From NCBI GenBank assembly GCA_965214705.1, contig OZ243972.1:1056001-1120000 (forward strand): DNA of 64,000 bases, given 5' to 3'. Position 1 is the first letter of the stretch; each line of letters starts with the position of its first letter. Shown piece by piece: positions 39,268 through 50,779 of the stretch. The notes under the pieces were generated by a model that was not told the DNA's origin, made no database searches, and saw only the letters and a program-made list of their open reading frames with translations. Made by a program: the position numbers and the translations under genes. This stretch comes from Alphaproteobacteria bacterium. Its GTDB lineage: Bacteria; Pseudomonadota; Alphaproteobacteria; UBA828.

Positions 39268-41169
39268 ATGGGCCGCGAGCGCTTCGATGTCATCGTGATC
39301 GGGGGCGGCCACGCCGGGTGCGAGGCCGCGGCGGCGGCCGCGCGCGTCGGTGCCGCGACGCTCCTCATCACCCAGAAGCGCGAAACCATCGGCGCCATGT
39401 CGTGCAACCCGGCGATTGGGGGCCTCGCCAAGGGCACGCTGGTGCGCGAGGTGGATGCGCTCGACGGGCTCATGGGCCGTGTCGCCGACGAGGCGGGCAT
39501 TCAGTTCCGCGTGCTCAACCGCAGCAAGGGCCCGGCGGTGCGCGGCCCCCGGGCGCAGCAGGACCGCGCGCTCTACCGCGCAACCATGCAGACGGCGCTT
39601 GCGGCCCAGGCGAACCTCACTATCCGCGAGGGCACGGTGGAGGACCTGGCACTTGATGCGACTGCGCAGGCCCGGCCCCGCGTGCGCGGCGTGGTGCTGG
39701 GGGACGGCGAGCTTATACCGGCACCGCAGGTGGTGCTGACCACCGGCACGTTCCTGCGCGGCCTGATCCACATCGGGGAGCGGCAGATCCCGGCGGGGCG
39801 CGTCGGCGATGCACCGGCGACGGGCCTGGCGTTTACGCTGGATCGGCTGGGCTTCCGTCTGGGCCGGCTGAAGACGGGCACCCCGCCCCGGCTCGACGGC
39901 CGCACCATCGACTGGGGCGCCCTGGAGGCGCAGGAGGGTGACCAGCCGCCGGAACCCTTCTCCTTCCTTACCGACGCCATCACGCGGGCGCAGGTGCGCT
40001 GTCACATCACCGCCACCGGGCCCGAGGGCCACGACGTCATCCGCCGCAACCTCGCGCGCTCGCCCATGTATTCGGGCGCGATCGGGAGCCGCGGGCCCCG
40101 CTACTGCCCTTCCATCGAGGACAAGGTGGTGCGCTTCGCCGAGCGTTCGTCGCACCAGATTTTTCTCGAGCCGGAGGGGCTTGACGACCACACGGTCTAT
40201 CCCAACGGCATCTCGACCGCGCTTCCGGAAGACGTGCAGCGGGCACTGGTGGCGACGATTCCGGGGCTGGAGCGGGCGGCGATCCTGCGGCCGGGCTACG
40301 CCATCGAGTATGACCACGTGGACCCGCGCGAGCTGAGCCCCGCGCTGGAGACCGACCGCGTCGAGGGCCTTTACCTCGCGGGCCAGATCAACGGCACCAC
40401 CGGCTACGAGGAGGCCGCCGCTCAAGGGGTCATCGCCGGCATCAACGCCGCGCGGGCGGCTGGCGGTGGGGAGCCGTTCACGCTCGACCGCGCGGAGGGC
40501 TACATCGGCGTGCTGATCGACGATCTGGTGACGCAGGGGGTGAGCGAGCCCTACCGTATGTTCTCGTCGCGGGCCGAGTACCGTCTGCGGCTCCGGCCGG
40601 ACAATGCGGACCGTCGGCTCACGGAACGGGGCATCGAGGTAGGCTGTGTGGGCGGGAAGCGAGCGCGGCGCTTCGCCGCCAAGAGCGCGGCACTGGCCGA
40701 GACCGAACGCCTTCTCGACTCGCTCGACGCTACGCCCGACACGCTGCGCCACCACGGCATTGCGGCGAACCGGGACGGGCGCCGGCGCAGCGCCCGCGAG
40801 CTGATCGGCTATCCCGATGTGAGCCTGGAGCCACTTGCGATGCTCTGGCCGGCACTGACGGAGCTGGAGCCCGAGATCGTCCAAGCCCTGGAGAACGACG
40901 CCCATTACCGGGGCTATTTGGAGCGGCAGGAGGCGGATATCGCGGCCTTTCGCCGTGACGAGGCGCTCAGGTTGCCGGGGAACTTCCGCTTCGACAGGGT
41001 GGGCGGGCTCTCTCACGAGATGCGCCAGCGCCTCGCCGCTGCGCGGCCCGCGACCCTCGGCGCGGCCGGACGGGTGCCGGGAGTGACGCCGGCGGCGCTG
41101 ACGGCATTGCTCGCCCATGTCCGCAAGACGGAGCACCGCAAGAGTGCGGCGGAGGCCGGGCGCGGCTAG
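39268..41169 (+). CDS. mnmG: tRNA uridine modification enzyme MnmG
   Basis: [41 protein letters not shown]. Confidence 0.97.
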   Translation: MGRERFDVIVIGGGHAGCEAAAAAARVGAATLLITQKRETIGAMSCNPAIGGLAKGTLVREVDALDGLMGRVADEAGIQFRVLNRSKGPAVRGPRAQQDRALYRATMQTALAAQANLTIREGTVEDLALDATAQARPRVRGVVLGDGELIPAPQVVLTTGTFLRGLIHIGERQIPAGRVGDAPATGLAFTLDRLGFRLGRLKTGTPPRLDGRTIDWGALEAQEGDQPPEPFSFLTDAITRAQVRCHITATGPEGHDVIRRNLARSPMYSGAIGSRGPRYCPSIEDKVVRFAERSSHQIFLEPEGLDDHTVYPNGISTALPEDVQRALVATIPGLERAAILRPGYAIEYDHVDPRELSPALETDRVEGLYLAGQINGTTGYEEAAAQGVIAGINAARAAGGGEPFTLDRAEGYIGVLIDDLVTQGVSEPYRMFSSRAEYRLRLRPDNADRRLTERGIEVGCVGGKRARRFAAKSAALAETERLLDSLDATPDTLRHHGIAANRDGRRRSARELIGYPDVSLEPLAMLWPALTELEPEIVQALENDAHYRGYLERQEADIAAFRRDEALRLPGNFRFDRVGGLSHEMRQRLAAARPATLGAAGRVPGVTPAALTALLAHVRKTEHRKSAAEAGRG

Positions 41170-41174
41170 ATCGG

Positions 41175-41804
41175 ATGGAGCCGGGCGAGGCCTTCCGGCG
41201 CGATGTTTCACGTGAAACACGCGAGCGGCTCGAGATCTACGAGACCCTACTCCGGCAACGGCAGCGACGCGTCAACCTGGTCTCGGCCGCGTCGCTGCCC
41301 GCGCTCTGGACCCGTCACTTTCTGGATTCAGCGCAGCTCGCCCCCCTGCTCGCCGACGATTCCGTGGGCCACACAGTCGATGTTGGCAGCGGCGCCGGCT
41401 TCCCCGGCATGGTGCTCGCGATCCTCGACACGGATCGCCGCGTCTCCTTGGTCGAGGCCAACGGCAAGCGCTGCGCCTTCCTGCGCGAGGTAGCGGCCGC
41501 CACCGGCACCGAGGTCTCCGTCATCGAAGGCCGGCTCGAGGCGCCGGAGGTCCGGGCCGCGCTTAGCCCCGCCGGCACGATCGTCGCCCGTGCCTGCGCG
41601 CCGCTGGTCGATTTGCTAGGTCTGGTTTTTCCCGTGCTGGACTCTCATACATATTGTATATTCCCGAAGGGACGCCGCTACCGGAGCGAGCTGGAGGAGG
41701 CCCGCTGCCGCTGGGATTTCGGGGCAGACATCGTCCCCAGCCAGACGGCGGCCGAGGCGCGGATACTGAGGATCAGCGATGTCCAACGGCGCTGCCGCTC
41801 TTGA
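41175..41804 (+). CDS. rsmG: 16S rRNA m7G527 methyltransferase
   Basis: [27 protein letters not shown]. Confidence 0.95.
   Translation: MEPGEAFRRDVSRETRERLEIYETLLRQRQRRVNLVSAASLPALWTRHFLDSAQLAPLLADDSVGHTVDVGSGAGFPGMVLAILDTDRRVSLVEANGKRCAFLREVAAATGTEVSVIEGRLEAPEVRAALSPAGTIVARACAPLVDLLGLVFPVLDSHTYCIFPKGRRYRSELEEARCRWDFGADIVPSQTAAEARILRISDVQRRCRS
41204..41219. promoter_or_regulatory. parS centromere site inside rsmG
   Basis: Perfect palindrome TGTTTCACGTGAAACA. Confidence 0.93.
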
Positions 41805-42626
41805 GCCAGGCGCAGCGGGCGCGCCGGCCCCAACGGGCCGGCCTCGGATCATCGCAGTCGCGAACCAGAAGGGCGGCGTCGGCAAGACCACCACCGCCAT
41901 CAACCTAGGCACCGCGCTCGCGGCTGCGGGACGGCCGGTGCTTCTCTTCGACCTGGACCCGCAGGGGAACGCCAGCACCGGCCTCGGCATCCCGCCGGCG
42001 GAACGCGCGCCCGGCTCCTACGGGCTTCTGCAAGGCGCACCGCTCGCTACGGCCCGGCGGCATACCACGGTGCCGGGGCTTTCCGTGGTGCCGGCGACCC
42101 GCGATCTCGCGGGCGCCGAGATCGAACTCTCCCAAGCCCCCAGGCCGCAGCATTGCCTGAGGGAGGCGCTGGCTCCGGCACTCGCGGACGAGAGCACGCT
42201 GTCCCACGTGCTGATCGACTGTCCGCCATCACTTGGCATGCTAACTGTCAATGCCCTAGTCGCGGCCGACTCGGTGCTGGTGCCGCTGCAGTGCGAGTTT
42301 TTGGCCCTGGAGGGGCTGAGCCAGGTGCTCAGCATCGTCGAGCGCGTGCGCACCGCCTTCAACCCGGCGCTCCACGTGCAAGGCATCGTGCTCACCATGT
42401 ACGACAAGCGGAACAACCTCTCCGCCCAAGTGCGCGACGACGTGCGCACGCACCTGGGCGATGCGGTGTATGAGACCATCATCCCACGCAACGTGCGGGT
42501 TTCGGAGGCACCGTCCTACGGCGTTCCCGTTTTGCTCCACGATTTCCGCTGCCCCGGCGCCCAAGCCTACGCCCACCTGGCCGGCGAGCTGCTGCGGCGC
42601 GAGCGAATTCAGAAGGAGAGCGCAGC

Positions 42627-42630
<4 letters not shown>
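41779..42630 (+). CDS. parA: Chromosome partitioning ATPase ParA
   Basis: [40 protein letters not shown]; start approximate. Confidence 0.96.
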
Positions 42631-43550
<920 letters not shown>

Positions 43551-43734
43551 GGCGCCAATTAAGCCGTAAAATCAGCGCCTTACGGGGGGTATAGACTTTT
43601 AGATGCCTTGCCAATGAATTAGTTGCGACTTGTCTCCGGGCGGTGGTCCGATAGCGGTCGGGGATCACGCTCCTCTGCGGCGCGCTCCTCCGCCAGCGCC
43701 GATTATCCAGATGCTCCTGCCCGGCAAAGACCAC

Positions 43735-43809
43735 CTATCCTCCCGCCATCGTCACGGCCTTGTCGGCGTGGTCGGAGCTGTCATACGCCACGAGAATCGT
43801 CCTGAGCAT
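43735..43809 (-). pseudogene. Truncated universal stress protein fragment
   Basis: GGGAG, then MLRTILVAYDSSDHADKAVTMAGG*, matching the USP N-terminal ILVAxDxS strand-helix; not in the ORF track. Confidence 0.6.
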
Positions 43810-44046
43810 CGATCGCTCTCCCATCTAGGCCACGGGTAACCAGCCCGGCGCACGTCCAGACCTGATGGCGTTCTATCTCTTCTCAACGCGTTGGGTTTGA
43901 GACAGATCAATACCCAAGATAACAAGCACGGCCATGCTGGCGCAGGCCCTGTGAACGCCGTGCAGGCCATAACCCTGACAAGAAATGCGGGCTAGACTGC
44001 TGCAAGACGTTTTCCTGTGCGCTCCACGACGGATCGAGGCCCCTCA

Positions 44047-45108
44047 ATGGTGAGTCAATACCGCATCGAAACCCTCTTCCTGTCGCAGGAGGATCTTCTG
44101 CGCGCCGGTTGCCTGGACATGGGGATGGCGATGGAGGCGGCCGAACAGGCCATGCTCGCCTACCAAGAGGGCAACATCATGTTCCCCGAGAAGATCGTGC
44201 AGATCTTCAACCAGGACACCCAGGCCCGCATCAACTGCCTGCCGGCGACGCTGCTGCCGGAGAAGATCTGCGGCGTGAAGTGGGTCTCCGTCTTTCCCGA
44301 GAACCCCGAGGTCCATGGCATACAGAACCTCTCGGCGGTCATGATCCTCTCCGAGATCGAGCACGGCTTCCCCCTTGCCCTGCTGGAGGGGACGCTCTGC
44401 TCCAACATGCGGGTCGGCACCATGGGCGGGATCGCCGCCAAGCACCTCGCCCGCAAGGATTCGCAGAGCATCGCGTTCATCGGCGCGGGCGAACAGGCCA
44501 AGATGCACCTGGTGGCGATGAAGAAGGCGGTGCCCGCGCTCGCCGAGTGCCGCGTCGCCGCGAAGTACGCGCACGAGGAAGAGCAATTCGTGCGCGAGAT
44601 GCAGCCGCTGTTCCCGGACCTCCTATTCGTCGTCACGGGGACGGACCTGCAGCAGGCGGCAGAGGGCGCCGATATCCTGGTCACCGCCACCAGCGCGCAA
44701 GCGCCCCTGCTCAAAGCGGCGTGGATGAAGCCCGGCGCGTTCTACAGCCACGTGGGCGGCTGGGAGGACGAGTACGAGGTTGCCCGCCAGTGCCAAAAGA
44801 TCGTGGTCGACGACTGGGAGACGGTGAAGCACCGGACCCAGACGCTGAGCCGGATGTACAAGGACGGTGCGTTGGCCGACGGCGACATCCACGCGAACCT
44901 CGTCGACATCGTGGCGGGCACCAAGAGCGGGAGGGAAAGCGCGAACGAGCGGACCTATTTCAACGCGGTCGGTCTCGCTTACGTCGACGTGGCGATCGCC
45001 TATGCGATGTACCGGCGCGCCGCGGAGGCCGGGGTGGGGACGCGCCTCGCCATCCAGGACAACATGATCTTCCAGCACGAAGAGCTGGCGAACTGGATCC
45101 GGATGTAG
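44047..45108 (+). CDS. Ornithine cyclodeaminase/mu-crystallin family protein
   Basis: GVKWVSVFPEN, SNMRVG, FIGAGEQA, ADILVTAT, NAVGLAYVDVA. Confidence 0.88.
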   Translation: MVSQYRIETLFLSQEDLLRAGCLDMGMAMEAAEQAMLAYQEGNIMFPEKIVQIFNQDTQARINCLPATLLPEKICGVKWVSVFPENPEVHGIQNLSAVMILSEIEHGFPLALLEGTLCSNMRVGTMGGIAAKHLARKDSQSIAFIGAGEQAKMHLVAMKKAVPALAECRVAAKYAHEEEQFVREMQPLFPDLLFVVTGTDLQQAAEGADILVTATSAQAPLLKAAWMKPGAFYSHVGGWEDEYEVARQCQKIVVDDWETVKHRTQTLSRMYKDGALADGDIHANLVDIVAGTKSGRESANERTYFNAVGLAYVDVAIAYAMYRRAAEAGVGTRLAIQDNMIFQHEELANWIRM

Positions 45109-45239
45109 TCCACGGGCGACGCGCCCAGCCGAGAGCGGATGCGGGCCACGCGGGCTTGCGGGACTCCTGATTTCGCGCGCAAGACTTTGTCGTACCGCGC
45201 GCGAGACCTTTCAGGCTCGCGCGACTCAGGCGTACGCGA

Positions 45240-46496
45240 CTACGTATTCATCGAGGCGAAGAATTCCTCGTTGGTCTTGGTCGTCTTGAGCTTGTCGACC
45301 AGGAACTCCATGGCATCGACCGTGCCCATGGGCGAGAGGATGCGGCGCAGCACCCACATCTTGGCGAGGGTCGCGCGGTCCACCAGCAGCTCCTCCTTGC
45401 GGGTGCCGGAGCGGGCGATGTCCATGCTGGGCCAAGTGCGCTTGTCGGCGAGCTTGCGGTCCAGAATGATCTCGGAGTTGCCGGTGCCCTTGAACTCCTC
45501 GAAAATCACCTCGTCCATGCGCGAGCCGGTGTCGATCAGCGCGGTCGCGATGATGGTGAGCGAGCCGCCGTGCTCGATGTTGCGGGCGGCACCGAAGAAG
45601 CGCTTGGGCCGCTGCAGCGCGTTGGCGTCCACGCCGCCGGTCAGCACCTTGCCGGAGGACGGCACTACTGTGTTGTAGGCGCGGGCGAGGCGAGTGATCG
45701 AATCCAGCAGGATCACCACGTCGCGCTTGTGCTCCACCAGCCGCTTGGCCTTCTCGATCACCATCTCCGCCACCTGGACGTGGCGCGAGGCCGGCTCGTC
45801 GAAGGTGGAGCTCACCACCTCGCCCTTGACCGAGCGGTCCATGTCAGTGACCTCCTCGGGCCGCTCGTCCACCAGCAGCACGATGAGATAGGCCTCGGGG
45901 TGGTTCTCCTCGATCGAGTGCGCGATGTTCTGCAGCATCATGGTCTTGCCGGTGCGCGGCGGGGCGACGATCAGCGCCCGCTGCCCTTTGCCGAGCGGCG
46001 CCACGATGTCGAGGATGCGGCTGGTGGTGTCCTTCTTCTTGGGGTCGGCGACCTCCATGCTGAAGCGCTGCTCGGGGTAGAGCGGCGTCAGGTTGTCGAA
46101 GTTGACCTTGTGTCGCAGGTTCTCCGGCGGGTCGAAGTTGATGTTGTTGAGCTTGAGCAGGGCGAAATAGCGCTCGCCATCGCGGGGCGCCCTGATCTGG
46201 CCCTCCAGCGTGTCGCCGGTGCGGAGCCCGAAGCGGCGGATCTGGCTCGGGCTCACGTAGATGTCGTCGGGGCCGGGCAGGTAGTTGGACTCCGGCGAGC
46301 GCAGGAAGCCGAACCCATCCTGCAGGGTCTCCAGCACGCCCGAGCCGAAGATCGCCTGATCGTTCTCGGCAAGCTGCCGGAGGATCGCGAACATCAGGTC
46401 CTGCCGACGCATCGAGTTCGCGTTCTCGATCTCGAGCTCTTCGGCATAATCGATCAGTTGAGTCGGGGTTTGGGTCTTGAGCTCTTGCAGATGCAT
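45240..46496 (-). CDS. rho: Transcription termination factor Rho
   Basis: [42 protein letters not shown]. Confidence 0.98.
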   Translation of the reverse strand: MHLQELKTQTPTQLIDYAEELEIENANSMRRQDLMFAILRQLAENDQAIFGSGVLETLQDGFGFLRSPESNYLPGPDDIYVSPSQIRRFGLRTGDTLEGQIRAPRDGERYFALLKLNNINFDPPENLRHKVNFDNLTPLYPEQRFSMEVADPKKKDTTSRILDIVAPLGKGQRALIVAPPRTGKTMMLQNIAHSIEENHPEAYLIVLLVDERPEEVTDMDRSVKGEVVSSTFDEPASRHVQVAEMVIEKAKRLVEHKRDVVILLDSITRLARAYNTVVPSSGKVLTGGVDANALQRPKRFFGAARNIEHGGSLTIIATALIDTGSRMDEVIFEEFKGTGNSEIILDRKLADKRTWPSMDIARSGTRKEELLVDRATLAKMWVLRRILSPMGTVDAMEFLVDKLKTTKTNEEFFASMNT

Positions 46497-46709
46497 GACG
46501 GGAGCTGCCGTTGTGGAGCGGAAACCGCACCGCCGGCCGGCGGCACGCTGAGGGCGCAAACCTAGTGAGAACGGCGTGCGGCTATTTTTCCGAGAGAATG
46601 CGCCGAAGACGGGCAGGGAAGCCCGCCCGCTGCGGCGGACGCGTGCATTAGCCTATCGGGTGCCGTTCGGCCGTGTCAAACGAAGATTCGATGTCGCCAT
46701 TCCCGTTGC

Positions 46710-47813
46710 TCATAGCGCCGGGGGCCGCTTGAACTGTTTGGCGAGCGCGAGGCCCTGGCGCTGGTAGGAAGAGCCGATGCCGTGCCCGTAGAGCTCGGCA
46801 GGGCGTTCGGTCAGCGGCTCGAAGAGGAGGCGGCCGATGGTCTGGCCGTCCTCAATGACAAAGGGCACGTCGTGGGAGCGGACTTCGAGCACCGCGCGCG
46901 TGCCGCCGCCGCCGGCCTCGTCATGGCCGAAGCCGGGGTCGAAGAAGCCCGCATAGTGTGCGCGGAACTCGCCGACCAGCGTGTCGTAGGCCACCATCTC
47001 GGCCGCATGATCCGGCGGGATGCGCACGGATTCCTTCGAGGCCAGGATGTAGAAGTCGTCCGGGTTCAGGATCACCCCGCCGCCGGAGGGGCGCGCTATG
47101 GGCTCCCAGAAGTCGCCGGGCTCGTAGCGGCCGACCACGTCGATGTCGATCAGGTCGGTGTGGCGCTTCGCCTTCCAGCCGACGAGACCGCCGCCGTCGC
47201 CGGCGAGATCGACGGAGAGGGGCAGGCCGCCGGAGAAGCCCCCGCGCGCAACCTCGCCCTCGACCAGCCGTCGCTCCGCATGCAGACGCTCGAGCGCGCC
47301 TTCGGAATAGCCGGAGTCGCCCCGCTTGAAGCGAACCTGGTTGAGCCGGCTACCGGCGCGAACCACGATGCTGAAGGTGCGGGGCGACACCTCAGTGTAG
47401 AGCGGGCCCCGGTAGCCGGCCTGCACCCGGTCGAACTCGTGCGCCTCGTCGGCGATGAGGCGGGTGAAGATGTCGAGGCGCCCGGTAGAGCTCTTGGGGT
47501 TGGCGTGGGCGGCCACGTCGGGCGCGAGCGCCAGACGCTCCATCAGCGGCACGATGTAGACGCAGCCGCGCTCCAGCACGGCGCCGGGCGCGAGGTCGAT
47601 CTCGTGCATGCCGAGGCGCGCGATCTTCGCGCTCACGCTTTCGCGGCCCGGCAGGAAGCTCGCGCGCACGCGGTACGCCTTGGGCCCGAGCCGGAGATCG
47701 AGGCTCGCGGGCTGGATCTGCACCGCGCCGATGGGCTGGTCCGCCGAGACGCCGCCCTGCTCGATCGAGGCCGCGATGGCGGTGCTCGACAGGACCCCGG
47801 CTCGCTCGCTCAT
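46710..47813 (-). CDS. dcd: dCTP deaminase (long alphaproteobacterial form)
   Basis: IQPASLDLRLG, ANPKSSTGRLD, HYAGFFDPGFG, YQRQGL. Confidence 0.92.
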   Translation of the reverse strand: MSERAGVLSSTAIAASIEQGGVSADQPIGAVQIQPASLDLRLGPKAYRVRASFLPGRESVSAKIARLGMHEIDLAPGAVLERGCVYIVPLMERLALAPDVAAHANPKSSTGRLDIFTRLIADEAHEFDRVQAGYRGPLYTEVSPRTFSIVVRAGSRLNQVRFKRGDSGYSEGALERLHAERRLVEGEVARGGFSGGLPLSVDLAGDGGGLVGWKAKRHTDLIDIDVVGRYEPGDFWEPIARPSGGGVILNPDDFYILASKESVRIPPDHAAEMVAYDTLVGEFRAHYAGFFDPGFGHDEAGGGGTRAVLEVRSHDVPFVIEDGQTIGRLLFEPLTERPAELYGHGIGSSYQRQGLALAKQFKRPPAL

Positions 47814-47832
47814 GGTTCGCTCCCAACCCGGC

Positions 47833-48276
47833 TCAGAAAGGCCTGACGATGACCATGATGACAATAGCGATCATGGCCAGCGTCGGCACCTCGTTCACCC
47901 TGCGATAGAAGCGGGCGCTGCGGTGGTTGCGGTCGGCGGCGAAGTCCCGGCGCCAGCGCGCAAGCAGCCCGTGGAAGGCCGCAAGCAGCACCACCAGGGC
48001 GAGCTTGACGTAGATCCAGATATCGCCCGACCAATCGACAACGCCGGGCTGGGCCAGCAGGGCGCCGCCGAAGCCAAAGCTCGCCACCATGGCCGGGTTG
48101 ACGATGATCCGGAGCAGGCGCCGCTCCATGACCTTGAGCGTCTCCGAGAGCTCGGAGCCCGGCTCGGCGTCGGCGTGATAGACGTAGAGGCGGGGCAAGT
48201 AGAGCATCCCCGCCATCCAGGCGATCACCGCGATCACATGCAGCGCCCTGAGCCACGTATAGAGATCGTCCGCCAT
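47833..48276 (-). CDS. hemJ: Protoporphyrinogen oxidase HemJ
   Basis: ALHVIAVIAWMAGMLYLPRLYVYH, MERRL, NEVP. Confidence 0.95.
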   Translation of the reverse strand: MADDLYTWLRALHVIAVIAWMAGMLYLPRLYVYHADAEPGSELSETLKVMERRLLRIIVNPAMVASFGFGGALLAQPGVVDWSGDIWIYVKLALVVLLAAFHGLLARWRRDFAADRNHRSARFYRRVNEVPTLAMIAIVIMVIVRPF

Positions 48277-49310
48277 CAGCGCGCCGCCAGGGGACAGCCG
48301 CGGTGGGCCGCGGGGCAGATGCGTCCGCCATCCCCGGAGTCGACGCCGGCATCGCGCTGCAGGGCGCGACGCACCAGCCCCGCAAGCCCTTCGATGAAGG
48401 CAGGATGGGTTCCGAGCGCCGGCACGCGGTGATAGGCGGGGACGCCGGCAGCGCGCGCGTGGTCGCGATAAGTGACGTCGAGCTCCACCAGGGTCTCGCT
48501 GTGCTCGGAGACGAAGGCGATGGGCACGACGACCACGGGCACGCGGTCGCGCCCGGCCCGGTCGAGCTCGTCGACGGTGGCGGGCTCCAACCAAGCGAGT
48601 GGTCCGACCTTGCTCTGGTAGCAGACCGTCCAATCCAGGTCGTCGTGGTCGAGGCGATGGGCGATGCGCCGCGCCGTCTCCTCGATCTGCCACTGGTAGG
48701 GATCGCCGCGCGCGACCACGCGCTTGGGTAGGCCGTGGGCCGAGAAGAGCACGCGCGGCGTGCCGGCCTCGGCCGCAGCCGCCAGCAAGGGTTCGATCAG
48801 CGCCGCGTGGGCCGCGATCAGCCCCTCGGCCTGCGGGTAGCAGCAGATGGCGTGCGTCGGTGCCGCGATGCCGGCAGTGCTGGCAGCCTTCCACCAGGCG
48901 TCAAGCGACGAGGCCACGGTGGTGGTGGAGAACTGCGGATAGAGCGGCAGCAGCACGATCCGATCCGGCCGGAAGGCGGCAACCTGTTGCGCCGCCGCCT
49001 CGCTCATCGGGTGCCAGTAGCGCATCGTAACAACCACCTCGACCACACCGAGATCACCGAGAGCAGCCTGCAACGCCGCCGCTTGCGCTTCGGTCTCTTC
49101 GAGCAGCGGCGAACGCCCGCCGATCGTGCGGTAGATTTCGCGGGCTTCGGGGCCACGACGCCTGGCAATCAGCCGCGCGAGCAACCGGCGCACAGGCCCT
49201 GGCGCACCAATGATCGCAGGGTCTCGAAACAGATTGCGCAGGAAGGGTTCGACAGCATCGAGAGAATCCGGCCCGCCCAAGTTCATGAGGACGACGGCGG
49301 TGCGGCTCAT
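48276..49310 (-). CDS. hemH: Ferrochelatase
   Basis: NLGGP, GGRSP, LYPQFS, FSAHGLP, YQSKVG, FVSEHSETLVELD. Confidence 0.96.
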   Translation of the reverse strand: MSRTAVVLMNLGGPDSLDAVEPFLRNLFRDPAIIGAPGPVRRLLARLIARRRGPEAREIYRTIGGRSPLLEETEAQAAALQAALGDLGVVEVVVTMRYWHPMSEAAAQQVAAFRPDRIVLLPLYPQFSTTTVASSLDAWWKAASTAGIAAPTHAICCYPQAEGLIAAHAALIEPLLAAAAEAGTPRVLFSAHGLPKRVVARGDPYQWQIEETARRIAHRLDHDDLDWTVCYQSKVGPLAWLEPATVDELDRAGRDRVPVVVVPIAFVSEHSETLVELDVTYRDHARAAGVPAYHRVPALGTHPAFIEGLAGLVRRALQRDAGVDSGDGGRICPAAHRGCPLAAR

Positions 49311-50365
49311 CGCCCGTTCCCGCCGGCCCACGCGTGCACGAAATCGCAGAGTTGAGCGACGTGCTCGGGCGGAGTTTGAGGCAGCACGCCCTCGCCGAGG
49401 TTGAACACGAAGGGCTCATGACCGAGCGCATCCAGAATGCGGCTGGCCGCTTTCCGCAGCGCGTCGCCGCCGGCCAGCAGCGCCACCGGATCGAGGTTGC
49501 CCTGAACCGTGCAATGCGGCTGCAGACGTGCCGCTGCCCAAACGGGCGGCACGGTGCTGTCGATGGAGATTGCGTCCACGCCGGTCTCTGCTGCAAAGCG
49601 CTGGCAGGCGATGCCCACGCCACGCGGATAGCCGATAATCGGCGCCGCCGGGTGCGCCGCCTTCACGTCCGCCACGATCATCTTCAGAGGCTCGATGCAC
49701 CAGCGGGTAAGCTCGCTCTCGGGCAAGGCTCCAGCCCAGCTGTCGAATATCTGAACCGCGTGGGCCCCGGCGTCGAGCTGGGCGATCAGGTGCGCCACCA
49801 CCGCCTGGCGCGCGGTCTCGATCAGCCGTCCGAAGCTCTCGGGATCACGATAGGCCCAGCCCTTCGTGGCGGCGAAATCCCGGCTCCTGCCGCCGCCGAC
49901 CATGTAGGTGGCAAGGGTCCAAGGCGCGCCAGCAAAGCCCAGCACCGTCGCGCCGGCAGGCGCCGCCGTCACGACCCGCTCCATCGCCTCGTAGACGGGC
50001 GCAAGATGACGCCTCTGGCGTTCCGCATCGAATTCGGGCAAAAGCCCGCCTTCTGGGATCGCGTCCAGGCGAGGTCCTTCTCCCTCCTCGAACCAGAGCA
50101 TCACGCCCAAGGCTTCAGCAACCACCAGGATATCCGAGAACAGGATAATCCCGTCGAGGGGGAAACGACGCACGGGCTGAAGAGTCGCCTCCGCCGCCCA
50201 AACCGGGTCGTAGCAGAGATCGAGGAAGGACCCGGCCTTCGCCCGCAACGCCCGGTACTCGGGGAGGTAGCGCCCCGCCTGGCGCATGAGCCAGAGCGGT
50301 GGCGGGTGTTGCGCCTCCCCTCGAAGCGCCGAGAGAAGCGGTCTGCTATCCGTATCCACGGTCAC
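49307..50365 (-). CDS. hemE: Uroporphyrinogen decarboxylase
   Basis: WLMRQAGRYLPEY, ILFSDIL, GAPWTLATY, QIFDSW, QGNLDP. Confidence 0.96.
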   Translation of the reverse strand: MTVDTDSRPLLSALRGEAQHPPPLWLMRQAGRYLPEYRALRAKAGSFLDLCYDPVWAAEATLQPVRRFPLDGIILFSDILVVAEALGVMLWFEEGEGPRLDAIPEGGLLPEFDAERQRRHLAPVYEAMERVVTAAPAGATVLGFAGAPWTLATYMVGGGRSRDFAATKGWAYRDPESFGRLIETARQAVVAHLIAQLDAGAHAVQIFDSWAGALPESELTRWCIEPLKMIVADVKAAHPAAPIIGYPRGVGIACQRFAAETGVDAISIDSTVPPVWAAARLQPHCTVQGNLDPVALLAGGDALRKAASRILDALGHEPFVFNLGEGVLPQTPPEHVAQLCDFVHAWAGGNGR

Positions 50366-50779
50366 GAGTCGGCTCTTGTCCCCGGCTTCGTCAGACTATC
50401 TTCATTAAATGACTCTTAAGTAAGAGTGGATGATGTTGTTGGTGTGGATGAGGGGATTGTGGCGTTCATCCCACGGGTCGGGTGAATGATCGCGCGGGTC
50501 GCGCTGTAGACGGGATCGACGTGAAAAAGCGATGAATGGCCAACGCAGCGGCACGTTTCAACGGTTGTGGAGAAACTAGCATAGTGTGGAAGGGCACCTG
50601 GCAGCACCGGTCATGAGAGAGTTATCCCCGTTTTGACGGTTTTGTGACAGGGATGATCGGATAAGCTGAGGATAGATTGGGGGTTGTCTGGCTGGGTGCC
50701 GTTGCCCACGGGTTCCCCACATGAAGGCGCTGAGAAGTCGTGCCGGTGCGGGCGCAGCGCGGAGGGTCGTAGCGGGTTC
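50366..50779. other. Probable chromosomal replication origin (oriC)
   Basis: hemE/ppsR divergent gap typical of alphaproteobacterial origins; DnaA-like boxes TGTGGATGA 50443-50451, TGTGGAGAA 50566-50574, TTATCCCCG 50622-50630, TTCCCCACA 50713-50721; AT-rich 50395-50427; parS/parAB within 10 kb. Confidence 0.85.
50405..50419. promoter_or_regulatory. CtrA-type box with an embedded GANTC site
   Basis: TTAA-ATGACTC-TTAA (N7 spacer containing GACTC). Confidence 0.65.

Noticed and set aside
41204-41219. parS inside a coding sequence as a novelty
   Set aside because: parS encoding VSRET at the start of rsmG is common in alphaproteobacteria
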